Assembly (NCBI GenBank): GCA_045533915.1
Contig: JAZSIP010000096.1
Coordinates: 1 to 48,111 of the forward strand
Reading direction: 5' to 3'
Length of the DNA: 48,111 nt
Origin: Eubacteriales bacterium
GTDB lineage: Bacteria; Bacillota; Clostridia; Oscillospirales; CAG-272
The position numbers and the translations under genes were made by a program. The notes beneath the pieces are model-generated. The model did no database searches. It saw nothing but the letters and a program-made list of their open reading frames with translations, and was not told the origin of the DNA. Of this stretch, positions 44,827-48,111 are shown one piece after another (the first letter of the stretch is position 1; every line of letters starts with the position of its first letter).

Positions 44827-45731
44827 TGAGCGGGAACGGAGGAAGAGCCCGCGAACTGAGCGTCGCCGTGCATTCTTCCGAGAGTATCGGTCATACCGTA
44901 GGAAGCAGGTCCTGCTGCCATATTATCGGGGTGAAGCGTTCTACCTGTTCCGCCGCCCGAAGCAACCGAGAAGTACTTAACGCCGTTCTCCTGACACCAC
45001 TTCTTATAAGTTCCCGCAACGGGGTGCTGGAATCTTGTGGGGTTGGTGGAGTTACCTGTGATAGAAACGCCGACGTTCTCAAGTCTCATTATAGCAACGC
45101 CCTCGGGAACACTGTCAGAGCCGTAGCACTTGACCTTTGCTCTGTCGCCCGTGGAGTATGCGGTCTCCTTGATGACCTTAACTTACTCTGCGTAAGGATC
45201 GAACTCGGTCTGAACGTAAGTAAAGCCGTTGATTCTCGAAATGATCATAGCGGCGTCCTTACCAAGACCGTTAAGAATTACGCGAAGGGGCTTAACTCTT
45301 ACCTTATTTGCGTTAAGAGCGATCTTAATTGCGCCCTCTGCAGCCGCGAAAGACTCGTGTCCTGCGAGGAAGCAGAAGCACTCGGTCTCCTCGGAAAGAA
45401 GCATCGAGCCGAGGTTTCCGTGTCCAAGACCAACCTTTCTGTTCTCGGCAACAGAGCCAGGGATACAGAAAGCCTGAAGTCCGATACCGATAGCGGCAGC
45501 CGCGTCAGCAGCCTTTGTACAGCCCTTCTTGATAGCGATAGCCGCGCCAACGGTGTACGCCCACTTTGCGTTCTCAAACGCGATGGGCTGAGTTTCTTCT
45601 ACGATCTTATAAGGGTCGATTCCCTTTGCGTCGCAGATCTCCTTGCACTCGTCGATAGAGGAGATACCATATTCCTTAAGTACGCCGAGGATCTTAGCCT
45701 CGCGTCTCTCATAACCTTCAAAATGTGCCAT
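44733..45731 (-). pseudogene. GGGtGRT-family protein gene (about 332 codons) interrupted by one in-frame TAA at 45183-45185
   Basis: The ORFs 45183..45731 and 44733..45089 are in the same frame. The 31 codons between the TAA and the next ATG are open and read VKVIKETAYSTGDRAKVKCYGSDSVPEGVAI. The downstream part carries the family motif GGGTGRT. Confidence 0.65.
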
Positions 45732-45748
45732 GTGTGTATACCTCCTGA

Positions 45749-46465
45749 TTATTCCTTACGGGGATCGATGTACTTAACAGCATCAGCAAATCTGCCGTAT
45801 GTACCCTTGGACTTCTCGTACGCTTCGTTGGGCTCCATACCCTTCTTGATGAAGTCGGTCATCTTTCCAAGAGATACGAATTCGTATCCGATAACCTGAT
45901 CGTCAGCGTCAAGTGCCATTCTTGTGCAGTATCCCTCGGTCATCTCGAGGTAACGAACGCCCTTTGCCTTTGTACCGTACATTGTACCTACCATGGATCT
46001 CTCGCCCTTACCGAGATCTTCCATACCCGCGCCGATTACGAGACCGCCCTCGGAGAAAGCGGACTGGCTGCGGCCGTATACGATCTGGAGGAACAACTCT
46101 CTCATTGCGGTGTTGATAGCGTCGCAAACGAGGTCGGTGTTAAGAGCCTCAAGAAGAGTCTTGCCGGGAAGGATCTCAGCAGCCATAGCGGCGGAGTGTG
46201 TCATACCCGAGCATCCGATGGTCTCAACGAGAGCTTCCTCGATGATACCGTTCTTTACGTTAAGCGAGAGCTTGCACGCGCCCTGCTGAGGTGCGCACCA
46301 GCCTACTCCGTGTGTATAAGCAGAAATGTCGGTTATCTGCTTTGCCTGTACCCATTTGCCCTCTTCGGGAATGGGAGCGGGTCCGTGATCGGGGCCCTTC
46401 GCAACCTTGCACATCTTCTGAACTTCAGTGCTCATTGCGTATTCGCAAGAAAATTCATTGCTCAT
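45749..46465 (-). CDS. NifU/IscU-like Fe-S scaffold-domain protein with a C-terminal extension
   Basis: The cysteine contexts GWCAPQQGACKLSLNV and IGCSGMTHSAAMAAEILPGKTLLEA resemble the IscU/NifU N-terminal domain. Confidence 0.65.
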   Translation of the reverse strand: MSNEFSCEYAMSTEVQKMCKVAKGPDHGPAPIPEEGKWVQAKQITDISAYTHGVGWCAPQQGACKLSLNVKNGIIEEALVETIGCSGMTHSAAMAAEILPGKTLLEALNTDLVCDAINTAMRELFLQIVYGRSQSAFSEGGLVIGAGMEDLGKGERSMVGTMYGTKAKGVRYLEMTEGYCTRMALDADDQVIGYEFVSLGKMTDFIKKGMEPNEAYEKSKGTYGRFADAVKYIDPRKE

Positions 46466-46503
46466 TTTTTATATCTCCTTTTTTTAAATTTAACCTTTAG
46501 TTA

Positions 46504-47073
46504 TTACTTTACGATCTCGCCGTAAACCTCGCCGAATGCGCAAGCAGCGTTAGACTCGTCGGTATCGATGTGCATAGCAAGTGCGTAGCTGTCGCTTACT
46601 CTTACTACAACGTCGCCGAATACGAGAGCTCTGGGAGTCTCTACCTTAACGTTTACGATCTCCTTATCGGTTACGCCGAAAGCAGCAGCGTCTGCCTTGG
46701 TCATATGTATATGTCTCTTTGCGGCGATAACGCCCTCTGCAAGCTCGATAGAGCCGCAAGGTCCTTCAAGACGGCACGCGCCGCTTCCCTTGATGTCGCC
46801 CGACTCGCGAACGGGTGCAACTACTCCGATAGTACGAGCGTCGGTGAGAGAAAGCTCTACCTGATTCTCGGGACGGGTAGGTCCGAGTACACTTGCTTTA
46901 AGAGAACCCTTAGGTCCTACAACGGTTACCTTTTCCTCGCACGCGAACTGTCCGGGCTGACTTAAGTCCTTCTTGTTCGTAAGCTCGTGTCCTGCTCCGA
47001 AGAGAGTCTCAACTGCCTCTTTGGTGAGGTGTACGTGTCTTGCAGATGTTTCAACTATAAATTTGTTTGCCAT
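46504..47073 (-). CDS. pduL: Phosphate propanoyl/acetyl-transferase PduL
   Basis: The duplicated PduL signature appears as SARHVHL near the N-terminus and AKRHIHM in the second half. Confidence 0.85.
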   Translation of the reverse strand: MANKFIVETSARHVHLTKEAVETLFGAGHELTNKKDLSQPGQFACEEKVTVVGPKGSLKASVLGPTRPENQVELSLTDARTIGVVAPVRESGDIKGSGACRLEGPCGSIELAEGVIAAKRHIHMTKADAAAFGVTDKEIVNVKVETPRALVFGDVVVRVSDSYALAMHIDTDESNAACAFGEVYGEIVK

Positions 47074-47133
47074 AATAAAACCCCTTTTCTCAAATAATTA
47101 ATATAGTTTGCTAGGCAAATTTTCACATTTACT

Positions 47134-47162
47134 ATTATAACACACTTTTTTTGAATTGTAAA
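47134..47162 (-). promoter_or_regulatory. Promoter of the pduL / NifU-like / GGGtGRT operon
   Basis: On the minus strand: TTTACA, a 17-bp spacer ending in TGT, and TATAAT. Confidence 0.5.
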
Positions 47163-47229
47163 GATTTAAACAAGAGATTTCTGCAAATAATATTAAAAAT
47201 TTACATTGTTTTTTATTAAGGAGGGCTAT

Positions 47230-47883
47230 ATGCCAAACGAAAACAACCAAAATAATGAAAACAAAGAGCTTGACGGCGCGATAATAACCGAAAACAAAAA
47301 CAGCCGTATCCACTGTCTCTCAATAATCGGACAAATAGAAGGTCACTATATGCTCGGCGACGGTCAGAAGGCTACCAAATACGAGCATATCATTCCCCTG
47401 CTCGTCTCTATCGAGGAGGACGACGAGATCGACGGGCTTCTTATGATACTCAATACCATGGGCGGTGACGTAGAAGCAGGACTTGCTATCGCCGAAATGG
47501 TCGCATCTATGTCAAAGCCTACCGTCTCTCTCGTCCTCGGCGGAGGTCACTCTATAGGTGTTCCCCTCGCTACCGCCGCTAAAAAATCCTTTATCGTCCC
47601 CTCCGCTACGATGACCCTCCACCCCGTCCGCATCAACGGTCTTGTCGTCGGCGTTCCTCAAACCTTTCGATACTTCGAGGAAATGCAGAAGCGCATCATC
47701 AAGTTTATCTGCGATCACTCCCGCGCTAACGAACAAAAGATCCGTGAGCTTATGATGCGCCCCGACGAGATCGCTACCGACGTCGGCTCTATTATCGACG
47801 GCGATGAAGCCGTCTCCTACGGTATAATCGATTCCGTCGGCGGTCTTGCCGATGCGATGAAAGCTCTCAAGGATATGATATAG
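47230..47883 (+). CDS. tepA: ClpP-fold serine protease of the TepA/SDH family
   Basis: IHCLSIIGQIEGH and LNTMGGDVEAGLAIAEM are typical of TepA-like proteins. The RBS aaggaggg precedes the ATG at 47230. Confidence 0.75.
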   Translation: MPNENNQNNENKELDGAIITENKNSRIHCLSIIGQIEGHYMLGDGQKATKYEHIIPLLVSIEEDDEIDGLLMILNTMGGDVEAGLAIAEMVASMSKPTVSLVLGGGHSIGVPLATAAKKSFIVPSATMTLHPVRINGLVVGVPQTFRYFEEMQKRIIKFICDHSRANEQKIRELMMRPDEIATDVGSIIDGDEAVSYGIIDSVGGLADAMKALKDMI

Positions 47884-48111
47884 GGGAGCGAAAAGGATGC
47901 GAGGGGATGCGTGAGGACGCGTTCGAGAACTTTCCCCGCAAGAAAGTTCTCGAGCTCTCAAAGAACTTCTTAGAGGGGGTTTTTAAGAAAAACCGTTTGG
48001 AAATTAAAAAAAGGTTTGGTTTTTCTCTGAGGTAAAAACAGGTTGGACGGCTAAAGCCACCAACCGCTGTTTTATGGGGATTTATTATTTTGGTTTTCTA
48101 AATAAAAAGAA

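Noticed and set aside
45183-45185. Selenocysteine or pyrrolysine recoding as the explanation for the in-frame stop in the GGGtGRT gene
   Set aside because: The codon is TAA. It is neither TGA (Sec) nor TAG (Pyl). No SECIS-like hairpin was looked for beyond noting this. Pseudogene, sequencing error or generic readthrough remain the options.
47074-47133. A Rex operator in the pduL leader (aatgtgaaaatttgcctagc) or elsewhere near rex
   Set aside because: Only one half-site (TGTGAA) is present. The second half does not resemble TTCACA. No convincing TTGTGAA-n4-TTCACAA-type palindrome was seen by eye in the window.

Overview
This window looks like a chromosomal segment from a spore-forming Firmicute of the Clostridia type. 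The order scpA-scpB-ytfI-like-ytfJ-dacB-rluB matches Bacillus and Clostridium synteny. About 55 protein genes, one tRNA-Arg(CCT), and no rRNA or CRISPR array can be supported.

The core content is housekeeping:
- Chromosome condensation: scpAB.
- Sporulation and cell wall: ytfJ and a DD-carboxypeptidase.
- A CpsC/CpsD/CpsB-type tyrosine-kinase module and a CapD-like dehydratase.
- t6A synthesis, split into tsaE-tsaB and rimI-tsaD.
- Metabolism and regulation: rpiB, ispD, ispF, rpe, rex and a dCMP deaminase.
- Replication: a DnaD-domain protein and a DnaI-like loader.
- A thiolase with a 3-hydroxyacyl-CoA dehydrogenase.

The accessory or unusual content is as follows:
1. A roughly 9-kb island (35.5-44.5 kb) is bracketed by imperfect direct repeats of about 350 bp. 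These repeats duplicate the 3' end of a GGGtGRT-family gene and a hairpin-dense spacer. The island carries an AraC-controlled six-gene oxidoreductase/hydrolase operon and a decayed tyrosine-recombinase fragment.
2. An uncharacterised pduL / NifU-like / GGGtGRT operon has its last gene interrupted by a single in-frame TAA.
3. An AT-rich patch of orphan genes lies at 31.0-35.1 kb.
4. An Xre/ImmA(COG2856) pair sits divergent from two small orphan genes, with a clear operator architecture.
5. An orphan class-III Fic gene lies next to a tRNA-Arg whose 3' 21 nt are duplicated 130 bp downstream.
6. A 165-bp MITE-like element has a 10-bp target-site duplication.
7. Two families of intergenic repeats recur. 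One is a 64-70-bp tandem family at three loci. The other is a 42-bp dispersed family at three loci.

I could not recognise a known defence or secretion system. All calls rest on reading the translations and the DNA by eye; no database search was run.
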